Made by a program: the position numbers and the translations under genes | The notes under the pieces: model-generated | The model's database searches: none | What the model saw: only the letters and a program-made list of their open reading frames with translations | Told to the model about the DNA's origin: nothing | Origin: a virus | IMG/VR virus record: IMGVR_UViG_3300037089_000251 | Span: 32,001 to 96,000 of that record | Strand: one strand, 5' to 3' | Length of the DNA: 64,000 nucleotides | Shown: positions 26,046 to 35,339 of the stretch, in pieces | Layout: each line of letters begins with the position of its first letter | Position numbering within the stretch: the first letter of the stretch is position 1

Positions 26046-28238
26046 ATGGAGAACAAGAAGCTGAACACCATACTGATTCGCCGCAAGGGACTCGTGTTGG
26101 TCCCGGATGCGACTACGCCGTTCCCCACTGGGGCTGATGCCGTCGTTCATCGTGACCGCATGAAGACCCTTCTCGCCACCTTCAACCGGAACCTTCAGGA
26201 CATCGGCTACACCCTGTCGGCGAAGCTCATCAAGGCACTCTGCCTTGCGGACGAGCGCTATGCCCTCAACACCATGAAGTCCATCCTTGAAATCGTCAAG
26301 GAACTCGGCGGCGTCAAGCACTATTACCCGATGTACCCGAACTTCCCCGAGCAGGTCATCCAGATGGAGGAGGCGGAGCTTTACCTGAACGCCGTCTTCC
26401 ACTACTTCTCCGACTGGCTCGCCGATATCTCGGGCGACCGGGACTACATCTGGATGCCCCGCTACCACAAGGACCACCGGGAGCCGCTGCACGAGAAGGT
26501 CAAGCTGCGTGTGCTCGACCTCGGCACCGAAGATTATGTGAACACCCTGGCGACCCAGCTTGCCACCGCCAATACCTCCCTGTCGCCGACCGACAAGGCA
26601 GACCTGGCAGTCCTCATCGCCGATTTCAGGAAGCTGCCGGAAGGCATCCCCAACAAGGAGAACCTTGCCTTCGTGGCTTCCGTCCTGTTCCAGAGGGTGG
26701 AGGACCTGACCCCGTACTTCAAGACCGCCACCGATGTCCTTCGGCTCGCCACGGCGCTGAGCGAGGGGGACGTGTCCCTTGCCGCCCCGTCGAAGTTCCG
26801 CAAGTTCAAGAGGGTCGAACGGCGCAGGCTGCTTGACCTGATTGACCACTGCGGCAACCTTCAGGAGGACATGCTGCGCTTCGAGGGACGGTGGGTGAAG
26901 CTCTCCGAGCGCCTGCACCCCGGCGACTACTGGGACAAGTACCAGAAGGCGTTCTCGGCGATTCAGGCCATCCGCAACGGGCACACCGACCAGACCTTCC
27001 GCTCCAAGGTGGAGGAGGCTGTCCGGGGCGGGAAGGTTAAGGCTGCCGTCGAGCTTCTGGGGGACCGCCCCGGCGAGTTCGGCCGCCGTCTCGACCACTT
27101 GGTTCGGAAGGCCCGCACCAAGGATGCCAAGGTTGCGGCCATCCAGGGATTCCTTGACGTTGCGTCCGTCGCCTCGACCCCCGTGCTGCTCCAGATGATG
27201 GCGCACTTCGACCACCGTCAGGACGGAACGGACAGGACCATCTTCCCCAAGGGGAACGTGGCCAAGGTCATGAGCATCGACCCTCTCCCGGAGATGGACG
27301 GGGAGCTTTCCAAGCTGGTGTCCCGTGGCATCCGCCGTGTCCTCCGCAAGCGGTTCAGCGAGCTACCGGAGCTTGGGAACGTATACCTCGACCCGGCGCT
27401 CAAGGACTACCTGCTCCCTTTCAGCCAGAGGAGCGCCTCGAAGGCATTGAGGACGCTCGTCCGGGGCAGCCACATCCCGTTCGGATTTTCGGACAAGAAC
27501 ACCATCCGCCTGTTCATCTGGTGGAAGGAGCCGAAGGGGGGGTTGCAGGGGGAGTGGTCCGACCGTGTGGACCTCGACCTGTCGGCGGTCGCCTATGCCG
27601 ATGGCTGGAGGAACTTGGGTGCGGTCGCCTACTACGACTTGCGGAACGACTATGCCCGGCACTCCGGGGACATCACGTCCGCCCCGAAGGGAGCGAGCGA
27701 GTTCATTGACATCGACATCAACAAGGCGCTTGCGGCCGGTGTCCGCTACATCGTCATGAGCGTCAACAGCTACACCGAGCAGAACCTCTGTGACCTTCCT
27801 GAGTGCTATGCCGGTTGGATGCTCCGGGAGAAGCCGCAGTCCGGGGAGGTCTATGACCCTCGTACCCTTGAGGACAAGGTTGACCTCGCCATGCAGGCGA
27901 CGGCGGGAATCCCGCTCATCGCCGACCTGGTGGAGCGCAAGCTCATCTGGTGCGATGCCGCCATGTCGGTAAACCGCTACCGCTGGAACAATGTCGAGAG
28001 CAACAAGGGGACCATCGAGCTTCTCGGCAAGGCTCTGGAGAATGTCACCAAGCCGAGCATCTACGACCTGCTCTACCTGCACGCCAAGGCCCGTGGGACG
28101 CTCGTGGAAGACCGTAAGAAGGCGGATGTGGAGTTCTCCGTCGCCAAGGGCACCCAGTATGACCTTGAGAGGCTTGCCTCCGAGTTCATGGCGGATGCCC
28201 CCAAGGCGATGCCGAAGGCACACACCGCAGCGGCGTAA
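26046..28238 (+). CDS. ROT/TROVE-like repeat protein with C-terminal TerD domain
   Basis: PMYPNFPEQV, TATDVLRLA.ALS.GDVSL, ERLHPG and RPGEFGRRLDHL motifs; TerD-like VDLDLSA...HSGDITSAP.GASEFIDI; GAGGAGG RBS. Confidence 0.75.
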   Translation: MENKKLNTILIRRKGLVLVPDATTPFPTGADAVVHRDRMKTLLATFNRNLQDIGYTLSAKLIKALCLADERYALNTMKSILEIVKELGGVKHYYPMYPNFPEQVIQMEEAELYLNAVFHYFSDWLADISGDRDYIWMPRYHKDHREPLHEKVKLRVLDLGTEDYVNTLATQLATANTSLSPTDKADLAVLIADFRKLPEGIPNKENLAFVASVLFQRVEDLTPYFKTATDVLRLATALSEGDVSLAAPSKFRKFKRVERRRLLDLIDHCGNLQEDMLRFEGRWVKLSERLHPGDYWDKYQKAFSAIQAIRNGHTDQTFRSKVEEAVRGGKVKAAVELLGDRPGEFGRRLDHLVRKARTKDAKVAAIQGFLDVASVASTPVLLQMMAHFDHRQDGTDRTIFPKGNVAKVMSIDPLPEMDGELSKLVSRGIRRVLRKRFSELPELGNVYLDPALKDYLLPFSQRSASKALRTLVRGSHIPFGFSDKNTIRLFIWWKEPKGGLQGEWSDRVDLDLSAVAYADGWRNLGAVAYYDLRNDYARHSGDITSAPKGASEFIDIDINKALAAGVRYIVMSVNSYTEQNLCDLPECYAGWMLREKPQSGEVYDPRTLEDKVDLAMQATAGIPLIADLVERKLIWCDAAMSVNRYRWNNVESNKGTIELLGKALENVTKPSIYDLLYLHAKARGTLVEDRKKADVEFSVAKGTQYDLERLASEFMADAPKAMPKAHTAAA

Positions 28239-28244
28239 AGCTTA

Positions 28245-28321
28245 GCTGGCTAATCTGGACCCTTCCTTCTATACTTTGAGAGCCGAAAGGCTCCCGCCAA
28301 ACAGGTTCCGGGGTTTCCAGC
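28245..28321 (+). ncRNA. Repeated small structured RNA, copy 3 (covaried, with extra GAAA hairpin)
   Basis: Outer stem GCTGG/CCAGC; inner stem TCTGGA-c-CCT/AGG-t-TCCGGG; TCCTTCTA; GAGCC-GAAA-GGCTC insert. Confidence 0.65.
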
Positions 28322-28329
28322 GGATACTA

Positions 28330-28389
28330 GAGGGTGGCTCAAGGGGTATCATTAAATTGAAAACCCCATCGGCTGCCCTCTTTTATTTT
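28330..28389 (+). terminator. Probable terminator after the TROVE-TerD unit
   Basis: GAGGGTGGC...GCTGCCCTC stem followed by TTTTATTTT. Confidence 0.5.
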
Positions 28390-28428
28390 ACAACACCCGT
28401 ATGAATACAAAATATTTAATTCGTCTAT

Positions 28429-29037
28429 ATGACTAAGGAAGTCTTCCTCTATCGGTATCTGCATCCCTTCTTCTCAGAATCTTGGATTTATGTGGGTCAA
28501 ACAACAAATCCAGACTACAGGGACTCTTCCCATCGTCGGGGGACTAGGGCGTTCGGTCATCGTTTTAATGAGCGGTTTCCTGGTACTCCACTACCTAAGC
28601 CCGAAATTTTTGGAAATTCCTTCTCTACCAAAGCCAATGCTGATTGGGCTGAGATAGAGGCGATGTTCCGATTCCACACTTGGCATGGCTATCCAGGCGG
28701 GATGAACCTAACCCTTCCTGGCTCTCAGGATTATACTAATATCGGTCGTATCGGTGGTTTAAGTGTCTCTACTGAGGCGGCTATTTTGCGTGGCAAGAAG
28801 GGAAACAAAGGACTATCCCGTGAAGACAAAGTCAAGGGGGGAAGAATGGGAGCCAGAAACCAGCCCTTGGAAGCTCGGTCCCGTGGTGGGAAAAACCAAC
28901 CGTGGGAAACAAAGGTTCGTATCGGTCGTATTGGCGGTCTGCTGGGCGGACCGATTGGGGGGAAAATTACGGCTTGCCTCCGCTGGAACGTCAACCGTGG
29001 CAAGCCCTGCACCTGCGGGAAGCATGTGACTCCTTAA
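28429..29037 (+). CDS. Divergent GIY-YIG-like homing endonuclease with GRIGG repeats
   Basis: FLYRY...IYVGQT, G.NLT.PG and repeated G(R/K)xGG motifs; lower GC. Confidence 0.6.
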   Translation: MTKEVFLYRYLHPFFSESWIYVGQTTNPDYRDSSHRRGTRAFGHRFNERFPGTPLPKPEIFGNSFSTKANADWAEIEAMFRFHTWHGYPGGMNLTLPGSQDYTNIGRIGGLSVSTEAAILRGKKGNKGLSREDKVKGGRMGARNQPLEARSRGGKNQPWETKVRIGRIGGLLGGPIGGKITACLRWNVNRGKPCTCGKHVTP

Positions 29038-29092
29038 AAATCCCCCGTAAAACTCGGTTATGCTGTGTATACTATGGGTGGAGGCAATCACC

Positions 29093-29308
29093 ATGGCTTT
29101 TGATTCCTTGCTAAACTTCGAGCCTGACCCTCCCGACCATATGGCCACCCAGAAGGAGGCCGACCAGGAGTATGCCCGCAATGTGGGGCATGAGCGCCGT
29201 GGCCAAGCTTGGATTCTGGCGGATACCGACGTGTGGTACCGCAACCCCTACTACAGCGGGCCTCCTGTCCCCCACCCGGAGGAAGAACCGGAAGGAGCCT
29301 ATGCCTAA
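29093..29308 (+). CDS. Hypothetical protein
   Basis: GGAGG RBS after a TGTATACT promoter motif; AWIL...DVW..NPYY.GPP.PHPE. Confidence 0.6.
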   Translation: MAFDSLLNFEPDPPDHMATQKEADQEYARNVGHERRGQAWILADTDVWYRNPYYSGPPVPHPEEEPEGAYA

Positions 29309-29492
29309 AATCATCAAGGTCAGCGACCTCAGGGTCGGGGACATCCTGCACCACCGGAACATCGGGCTGGTCCAGTATACGGACGATGCGGCCGAGTTAC
29401 AAAGAACCAACCCCGACCCTACCTCCATCTTCGTGCAGTACCGGGGGGCGGTCATCGAGGTCAGCGTCCATCTGGTGGACAAGTCCGCCTGA
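29301..29492 (+). CDS. Hypothetical protein
   Basis: AAGGAG RBS; begins MPKIIKVSDLRVGD. Confidence 0.55.
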   Translation: MPKIIKVSDLRVGDILHHRNIGLVQYTDDAAELQRTNPDPTSIFVQYRGAVIEVSVHLVDKSA

Positions 29493-29991
29493 GGGGTGTG
29501 AGTGGAATTAGCCTGTATCGTCCCCAACTGACTCGTTCGAGCCATTTCTTCCGCCGTAGAGATTCGATTACATTGTCGGCGGCTTTTTTACTGGAGCCTA
29601 GCAGGGCGATGATTTCGGTTCTGTTTACCTTTGTCCTTTTCTGCTCCTCCATCGTGAGCACGACCTTGGCTTCTTGTCGTGACAAAGTCCGTGGAAGGGC
29701 AGGTTTAATGGGCTTTACGGGAGGAAAATGGACTCCGATGCTTCTGATGTCATCAGGAGATAGGCGGAACCACTCATAGTGGACATGTTTTTCAGAGAAT
29801 TGCTGATGTAACCGTTTCTCTCCTGCTGGAGCGTTGTCTGAGTATGCTGTGGCTGCTATCCTTAGGATAACCGGTGAGCCTACCTGCAAGTGATGGAGCC
29901 TGTTTTCCTGAGGGTGGCGACGAGAATACCCAATTTTATAGACGCCAAGCTCGTCATTGCCGATGACATACACATAGCCTTTAAGTCGCAT
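29461..29991 (-). CDS. GIY-YIG (T5orf172/MUG113-like) nuclease with C-terminal winged-HTH-like segment
   Basis: GYVYVIG....YKIGYS...RL..LQVGSP...EKRLH.......EWFRL; GGAG RBS; inverted relative to neighbours. Confidence 0.75.
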   Translation of the reverse strand: MRLKGYVYVIGNDELGVYKIGYSRRHPQENRLHHLQVGSPVILRIAATAYSDNAPAGEKRLHQQFSEKHVHYEWFRLSPDDIRSIGVHFPPVKPIKPALPRTLSRQEAKVVLTMEEQKRTKVNRTEIIALLGSSKKAADNVIESLRRKKWLERVSWGRYRLIPLTPLRRTCPPDGR

Positions 29992-30047
29992 TTTTATCTC
30001 CATTAGATAATAATGGAAGTCAATTATTTTCAATACTCTGTGCAAAT

Positions 30048-30070
30048 AACCCCCCTTTGTAGGGGTTTTT
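30048..30070 (+). terminator. Hairpin with T-tract between divergent genes
   Basis: AACCCC(CC)T-TTGT-AGGGGTT-TTT. Confidence 0.45.
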
Positions 30071-30085
30071 GATGAAAGGAATAAC

Positions 30086-30457
30086 ATGAAGAAACCCATC
30101 GACGACACCTGCAAGGACTATCCCATCCAGCCCAAGGACATCAATACCTCGGAGCACTTCTGGTCGGCGTTCGGAGAGCACGACACGGAGGTATCCGCCG
30201 CCTACATCGTCATGCTCTGCCAGAATAACAAGGGATGGAAGCCCTTCACCTTCGAGGAAATCAACCGGTTGTACAAGTGCAACAAGGACCCGGAGACGCT
30301 GGACTATGACTTCAACAACCTCAGGGCGTGGAATATCCCCCTCAACCAAGAACAATACCAGTACATTCAGCATGGCGAGGACGGCAAGTTCCGGGTCACG
30401 CACGAGTTCGTCACCGCCTGCTTCGGGTCGTCCCCCAGTAAGGACAGGCTGAGATAG
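30086..30457 (+). CDS. Hypothetical protein
   Basis: AAGGA RBS; 123 aa. Confidence 0.65.
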   Translation: MKKPIDDTCKDYPIQPKDINTSEHFWSAFGEHDTEVSAAYIVMLCQNNKGWKPFTFEEINRLYKCNKDPETLDYDFNNLRAWNIPLNQEQYQYIQHGEDGKFRVTHEFVTACFGSSPSKDRLR

Positions 30458-30512
30458 GCGGAATCCTCTAAGATTAGGGTTTTCCCGGTGTATACTGTAC
30501 TTGGGAGAATAC

Positions 30513-31334
30513 ATGGCAAAGAGTGTTCGACAACCAAAATACGTTGCGCCCACGACCTATGAGGGGTGGCTGGCGGAGGCGCACGCCGAGTGGGCCAGCC
30601 GCAACCGGCACTTCCATCCGTCCCCCGACCCCACCTACCAGTATGTCGTGGGGGAAGAGGTTGAGTTCCACGGGTACAAGGATGTCCGGGTCGAGGAAAT
30701 ACTGGACGGCGGGATGCGCCTGCACCTGAGCTATCAGGACATCAGCAAGACCTCCGATGGCTTCTTCGACCGTGGCCGCAAGCCCAAGCTGGCTTGGTGG
30801 TTCGATGTCATCCCCAAGAAGCATATCGAGCCGACCGCCTTCTCCCGTGAGCGCATCCGTGCGCAGTATATCGGGACATCCTTGGACAGCCTTATCCACA
30901 CCTGCTACTTCCGGGGTCTGCTTGACAACCCCGACTACCAGCGGGACTACGTGTGGACGCTGGAGGACAAGCAGCGGCTAGTCCGCAGCATCTTCAACCG
31001 CTGCGACATCGGCAAGTTCGTGCTCATATCCTTCCCCGAAACCGAGGAACTGGAGGTCGTGGACGGCAAGCAGCGGCTCCGGGCGATACTCGACTTCATC
31101 GAGGGGCGCTACCCGTTCGAGGGGAAGTACTGGAATCAGCTTTCTTGGAAGGACCGCCACTCCTTCAACGACATCATGGTGCAGTACTGCGAACTGGATA
31201 GTACTATGGTGAAGAAGTCCGATATCCTGTGGCTCTTCCTGAGCATCAATGCCGGGGGCGTGCCGCAGACCGAGGAGCACATCGCCAAGGCTAAGAGGAT
31301 GTACGAGGCAGAACTGGCGAAGGAGAATAGCTAA
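30513..31334 (+). CDS. DUF262 (ParB/Srx-like) domain protein
   Basis: PDYQRDYVWT..K..L..SI and EVVDGKQRL.AI...F..IN.GG. Confidence 0.8.
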   Translation: MAKSVRQPKYVAPTTYEGWLAEAHAEWASRNRHFHPSPDPTYQYVVGEEVEFHGYKDVRVEEILDGGMRLHLSYQDISKTSDGFFDRGRKPKLAWWFDVIPKKHIEPTAFSRERIRAQYIGTSLDSLIHTCYFRGLLDNPDYQRDYVWTLEDKQRLVRSIFNRCDIGKFVLISFPETEELEVVDGKQRLRAILDFIEGRYPFEGKYWNQLSWKDRHSFNDIMVQYCELDSTMVKKSDILWLFLSINAGGVPQTEEHIAKAKRMYEAELAKENS

Positions 31335-31528
31335 TGGCAATCAGGGTCATCAGGAAGCCTCCCGAGGAGAAGCCACAGGAAATCGAATGCCCCGAGTGCC
31401 ATGCAGCCTTGGAGTACCTGCCCTCGGATGTCAAGCACCAGAGCGACTACGGGGAGAGTTGGGACGAGATTACATGCCCCAATTGCAGCAAGAGAGTCTA
31501 CATGAACAGCGATAGCAACTGGAGGTAG
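31334..31528 (+). CDS. Small zinc-ribbon protein
   Basis: CPEC...CPNC. Confidence 0.65.
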   Translation: MAIRVIRKPPEEKPQEIECPECHAALEYLPSDVKHQSDYGESWDEITCPNCSKRVYMNSDSNWR

Positions 31529-31530
31529 CC

Positions 31531-31848
31531 ATGGCAAAGAAACGGCAAGCCAGACCCATGAAACCGGATGAGGTGGGGGCAAAGAAAAGAGGGCTGTTCC
31601 CTTCCGAGGTCTTCCACGCCTTCGACGAGCTTATCGCCAAGGACTTCCAGGACGGTCAGGCGGTGGTCGGCCAGTGGAAGGTCATCGACCTCATGGTCAA
31701 GAAGGGGCTTAAACGGGATAAGATATTCAGCGAGGGGTGGCTCAACATCGAGAGCGTCTACGAGGACGCCGGGTGGGACGTGTACTACGACAAGCCGGGG
31801 TTCAATGAGGACTACGAGCCGAGCTTCCACTTCACCAAGAAGGAGTAA
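31531..31848 (+). CDS. Hypothetical protein
   Basis: GGAGG RBS; WLNIE..Y..AGWDV.YDKP. Confidence 0.65.
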   Translation: MAKKRQARPMKPDEVGAKKRGLFPSEVFHAFDELIAKDFQDGQAVVGQWKVIDLMVKKGLKRDKIFSEGWLNIESVYEDAGWDVYYDKPGFNEDYEPSFHFTKKE

Positions 31849-31850
31849 CC

Positions 31851-32114
31851 ATGTTCTCGACCAAGACGAAGAGGCAGATTGCCGACGCCGTGCAGAGAAT
31901 CCTCCGGGACACCAAGGACTGGGAGCTACCGCAGGGCGAGATTACCTTCCACCTGCATGTGGACGGGGATGACCCGAACATGTCGTGGGCGGACATCCGC
32001 AACAACGGGGCTGTTGCCTTTACCCCGGAGGAGCAGGAAGCTCTGCCGGAAGCCCCGGCGTTCGCCGGGGACATGCGGGTATTCTATGCGCTTGTGCCCA
32101 AAAAGGGGGGATAG
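31851..32114 (+). CDS. Hypothetical protein
   Basis: AAGGAG RBS; 87 aa. Confidence 0.6.
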   Translation: MFSTKTKRQIADAVQRILRDTKDWELPQGEITFHLHVDGDDPNMSWADIRNNGAVAFTPEEQEALPEAPAFAGDMRVFYALVPKKGG

Positions 32115-32115
32115 G

Positions 32116-32310
32116 ATGGTCATCAAGTTCAAATCAGGTGAAGACTTTGAGGAAGTCACCATCCCGGCAATCGACGGGAAACTCGTGGACGGCATCCTCA
32201 GGCAGCTCAGGCTCACCCTGAAGGCACAGGAGGACGCAGCCCGTGCGCAGGAGAGGCTCGCCGACGAGCAGGCTAAGGCCACCAAGGCCGGTATCGACGC
32301 CCTGGCGTAG
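32116..32310 (+). CDS. Hypothetical protein
   Basis: ATG just after the upstream stop; coiled-coil-like C-terminus. Confidence 0.5.
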   Translation: MVIKFKSGEDFEEVTIPAIDGKLVDGILRQLRLTLKAQEDAARAQERLADEQAKATKAGIDALA

Positions 32311-32537
32311 ATTTCTGCCCTCAATAAGGAACTGTCCAAGCCATAATGTGGACCCCTTTTGCTGCCCGTACTGCCTCAGCCCGCTGACCGAGGAGTGTCG
32401 GGATGACCGAGCCAAGACTGTGTTCTGGTTCGGCTATCCCGATGGGGTTCAATATGCCCACTCAAAGTGCTGGGGAGACGACCAGCTTAATCCCATTCCC
32501 CGTACAGATTTTCCCCAAAAAAACGGTATTCTTAAGC

Positions 32538-32936
32538 ATGAGAACCGAGACTGGCCTCTTGCTTGAACGCCTCTTCCACGACCTCCCCCGGAGATACATG
32601 CTGTGCTGGGCGGGGCAGGGGGAGGAGGAGGTCTACGACTGTGCTTGCTGCATGGTGGGGGTGGACGACCCGAACGTGAAGGATTGCCCCTGTGTCTGCC
32701 ACTTCCGCATCGAGAAGATGGCCAGAGACCCGGAGATTGCCCTTTGGCTTACCGCCATGAAGGCGATGGACCGGATGCCGGAAGAGGCGGAGAAGATTTG
32801 CAACCTGCCCCCCGAGCCTGCGGGACCCCGGAATACAAAATTACCCGGAGCCAAGGATGCCTGGAACAAGATGTGGGCAGTGCTCATCGTGTTCGCCGCC
32901 GCCATCATGTTCGCAGCGGCGGTAATGTACAAGTGA
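32538..32936 (+). CDS. Cys-rich protein with C-terminal membrane anchor
   Basis: CACC...CPCVCH; hydrophobic tail; follows a promoter motif. Confidence 0.55.
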   Translation: MRTETGLLLERLFHDLPRRYMLCWAGQGEEEVYDCACCMVGVDDPNVKDCPCVCHFRIEKMARDPEIALWLTAMKAMDRMPEEAEKICNLPPEPAGPRNTKLPGAKDAWNKMWAVLIVFAAAIMFAAAVMYK

Positions 32937-32942
32937 GGAAAC

Positions 32943-33299
32943 ATGAACCACGACATCAGCAGTGCGAGCAGACCTTGCCTTACGGCGGTACACAACAAGC
33001 TATGGGGCGAGGTAATGCTGGAGCGGGAGCGCCAAGAGTATAAGACTTGGGGCTTCACCTTCGACAAGGCCAACACCATAAACGACTGGGCGGCATACGC
33101 CAACATCTACCTCGGGAAGGCAACCTCCATCAAGGCCACCCCCGTGGAGCAGAGGGTCAACATCCTCAAGGCGGCCACCCTGCTCATCGGGGCGCTGGAG
33201 ACCTTTGACCTCAACGGGGGATTTGCCCCCCGGCACTACGACCCGGAGCACGCCAACCCCACCATCCCGATTGACCAGACGAGGGTGAGAACCGTATGA
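32943..33299 (+). CDS. Hypothetical protein (MazG-like helical pattern)
   Basis: EV..ER.RQ..K.WG...DW..Y....LGKA. Confidence 0.5.
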   Translation: MNHDISSASRPCLTAVHNKLWGEVMLERERQEYKTWGFTFDKANTINDWAAYANIYLGKATSIKATPVEQRVNILKAATLLIGALETFDLNGGFAPRHYDPEHANPTIPIDQTRVRTV

Positions 33300-34051
33300 C
33301 GGAAGACCAGTATGTTGACAAGCACCTTGCCACTCTCGGTTTCAAGCCAGTGGAGAAGTCCGGCTGGTGCCCTGTCCGTGACAACTGGGGAATCCCCCCA
33401 TTGTGGATGGCGAAGCTCGGAATAGGATGGTGGTGGGTCGGTCTTAAAAGGTATATCAAGGGGCTTTTCGTTCCCCTTCCCCAGTGGGCTAGCAGGATAA
33501 CCTACCATGAGGACGTGGGGTTCGGCGGAACCCCGAGAACCATCCTCGCCGAGTATGACGGCGGCGGGGCGTGGCGCTACACCGTGACCAACCGGGACGG
33601 CACCGTGGTCGTGGTCAAGGAGAACGACTACGAGTCGATAAACCACTACATCAGGACAGGCAAGGCGACCTACATCCCACAGAAGTGCAAGGGGCCAGAG
33701 GTAACCTTCGACGGTAATAAGCTGGATAATGGATGGCGGGCTATCTCCCTTGGCGGCAGCGAGGTTCCCGAGGCTCTCCCGAAAGACAAGAACGCCGAAG
33801 AAAAGGGGGCATACTTGGTCAAGACCCCTACCCGACCGGGGTGGGTAAGGGAATACATCCATTCCCATATGTCCAAGGTTCCCCAAGAAAGCCTTGACCA
33901 ACTGGATGCCGAGATTGCGAAGATTCTCATCCTCGCCCCGGACGAGGATATCCCCCTGTCCTCCTTCATGGAAGGTCTTGACGAGGGCTACAAGAGGATT
34001 GTAGACGAGGCTGAGGAAGCGTACAAGAAAGCCGCAGGCATCGAAGAATGA
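33296..34051 (+). CDS. Hypothetical protein
   Basis: 251-aa ORF with ATGA coupling. Confidence 0.6.
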   Translation: MTEDQYVDKHLATLGFKPVEKSGWCPVRDNWGIPPLWMAKLGIGWWWVGLKRYIKGLFVPLPQWASRITYHEDVGFGGTPRTILAEYDGGGAWRYTVTNRDGTVVVVKENDYESINHYIRTGKATYIPQKCKGPEVTFDGNKLDNGWRAISLGGSEVPEALPKDKNAEEKGAYLVKTPTRPGWVREYIHSHMSKVPQESLDQLDAEIAKILILAPDEDIPLSSFMEGLDEGYKRIVDEAEEAYKKAAGIEE

Positions 34052-34067
34052 GGGAAGCGGGTTAGCC

Positions 34068-34619
34068 ATGGCAAAAGTCAGGGTGAAGAAAGTCCATCCC
34101 CCCGAGAGCGAGTCATGGGGGGCGGGAGACAGCGTCTACTGGAAAGCTAAAGGCGGACCCAAGGCGACAGAAAATCTGAGAAAAAAGCGCCTTAAGATTT
34201 CCGGCATCTCCACCCCCCGCCCGTCCCGTGGTCAGCTTGCTTGGCTCTCAAGGGAGATAGCCAAAGGTTATTCCCCTAAGAAGGACGCAAAAGAGGAGTC
34301 TTCTTCCAGCAAGTGGTTATGGAACCACGGCTGGATATACATGGGAATACACGGTCGTGGCGGAGGTATGGGTTACGGCGTATGGCATGAGTTTGAACAT
34401 CCCAAGTATGGAACCTTGGCATTTGAAGCCAGTGCTTACTGGGCAGACAAGCTGGTGGTAGCGAAGGAAGAAAAGGCATACTGCTACCGAAACTTCTATG
34501 ATTGGTACCTCCTGCCGCACAACTCGGACTTTTTCCTTGATATAAAATTCTCAGGGCAGGGGTTCGAGGAACTGGAGGAGGTCTTGAGGGAGATAGACCT
34601 CGGGTACTACGCAGCTTAG
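34068..34619 (+). CDS. Hypothetical protein
   Basis: 183-aa ORF in a co-directional run. Confidence 0.55.
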   Translation: MAKVRVKKVHPPESESWGAGDSVYWKAKGGPKATENLRKKRLKISGISTPRPSRGQLAWLSREIAKGYSPKKDAKEESSSSKWLWNHGWIYMGIHGRGGGMGYGVWHEFEHPKYGTLAFEASAYWADKLVVAKEEKAYCYRNFYDWYLLPHNSDFFLDIKFSGQGFEELEEVLREIDLGYYAA

Positions 34620-34628
34620 GCTAACGAT

Positions 34629-35231
34629 ATGAAACCAGGAACAAAGAACCTGCTGTTCGGCGAGCACCAGATAATCATCCACTCGCTCTTCGTCGCCCGT
34701 GCGTGGTGGCGGCTGTTTGGGTTCCCTAAGCAACTAGCCTTGTGGGCATGCTTCTTCCTGCACGACATCGGGTACTGGGGAAAGAACGACATCGACGGCG
34801 AGGATGGCCGGAACCACCCGGAGCTTGGGGCACAGATAATCCACTGGCTATTCGACAAGAAGGGGAAGTCGGAATACTGGTTCATCCAGCCGCCCGTATG
34901 GTATGAGTTCTGCCTCTACCACTCCCGATATTACGCCAAGAAGGAAGACCACCCGATATCCTCCCTTGCGCTGGCCGACAAGATGGCATTCGTCATCACC
35001 CCATGGTGGATTTTCCTCCCTCTGGCCAAGCTATCGGGGGGACTCAAGGAGTACCTCAAGCTCTATGAGCACAACACCACCAGCCTGCGGGAGTGGCACA
35101 GGAAGGCAAAAGAATCCTGCTGGGATTGGATATACCGGACGATGGAACAACCGCATCCGATGAAGGGGTATTATACTTCGTGGGAAAGGCAGAAGGGCGA
35201 TGCCCAAGTACCCCCTGTCGAAGAAGGCTAG
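34629..35231 (+). CDS. HD-domain-like protein
   Basis: HS...LHDIG...HPELGA...YHS...LADK. Confidence 0.6.
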   Translation: MKPGTKNLLFGEHQIIIHSLFVARAWWRLFGFPKQLALWACFFLHDIGYWGKNDIDGEDGRNHPELGAQIIHWLFDKKGKSEYWFIQPPVWYEFCLYHSRYYAKKEDHPISSLALADKMAFVITPWWIFLPLAKLSGGLKEYLKLYEHNTTSLREWHRKAKESCWDWIYRTMEQPHPMKGYYTSWERQKGDAQVPPVEEG

Positions 35232-35339
35232 GAAGTGGCTGTGGGAGGAGTTCCTTAAAGAACTGGAGCGCCTACGGCATATCGGTCAGAAGCCGCCAAT
35301 CAAGCGGCGGTGGCACTCTAAGTGGCGCTAGGAGGGCAT

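Noticed and set aside
25786-28321. CRISPR array or simple terminators for the three repeats
   Set aside because: Copies are non-identical with compensatory changes, are not regularly spaced, and mostly lack U-tracts.
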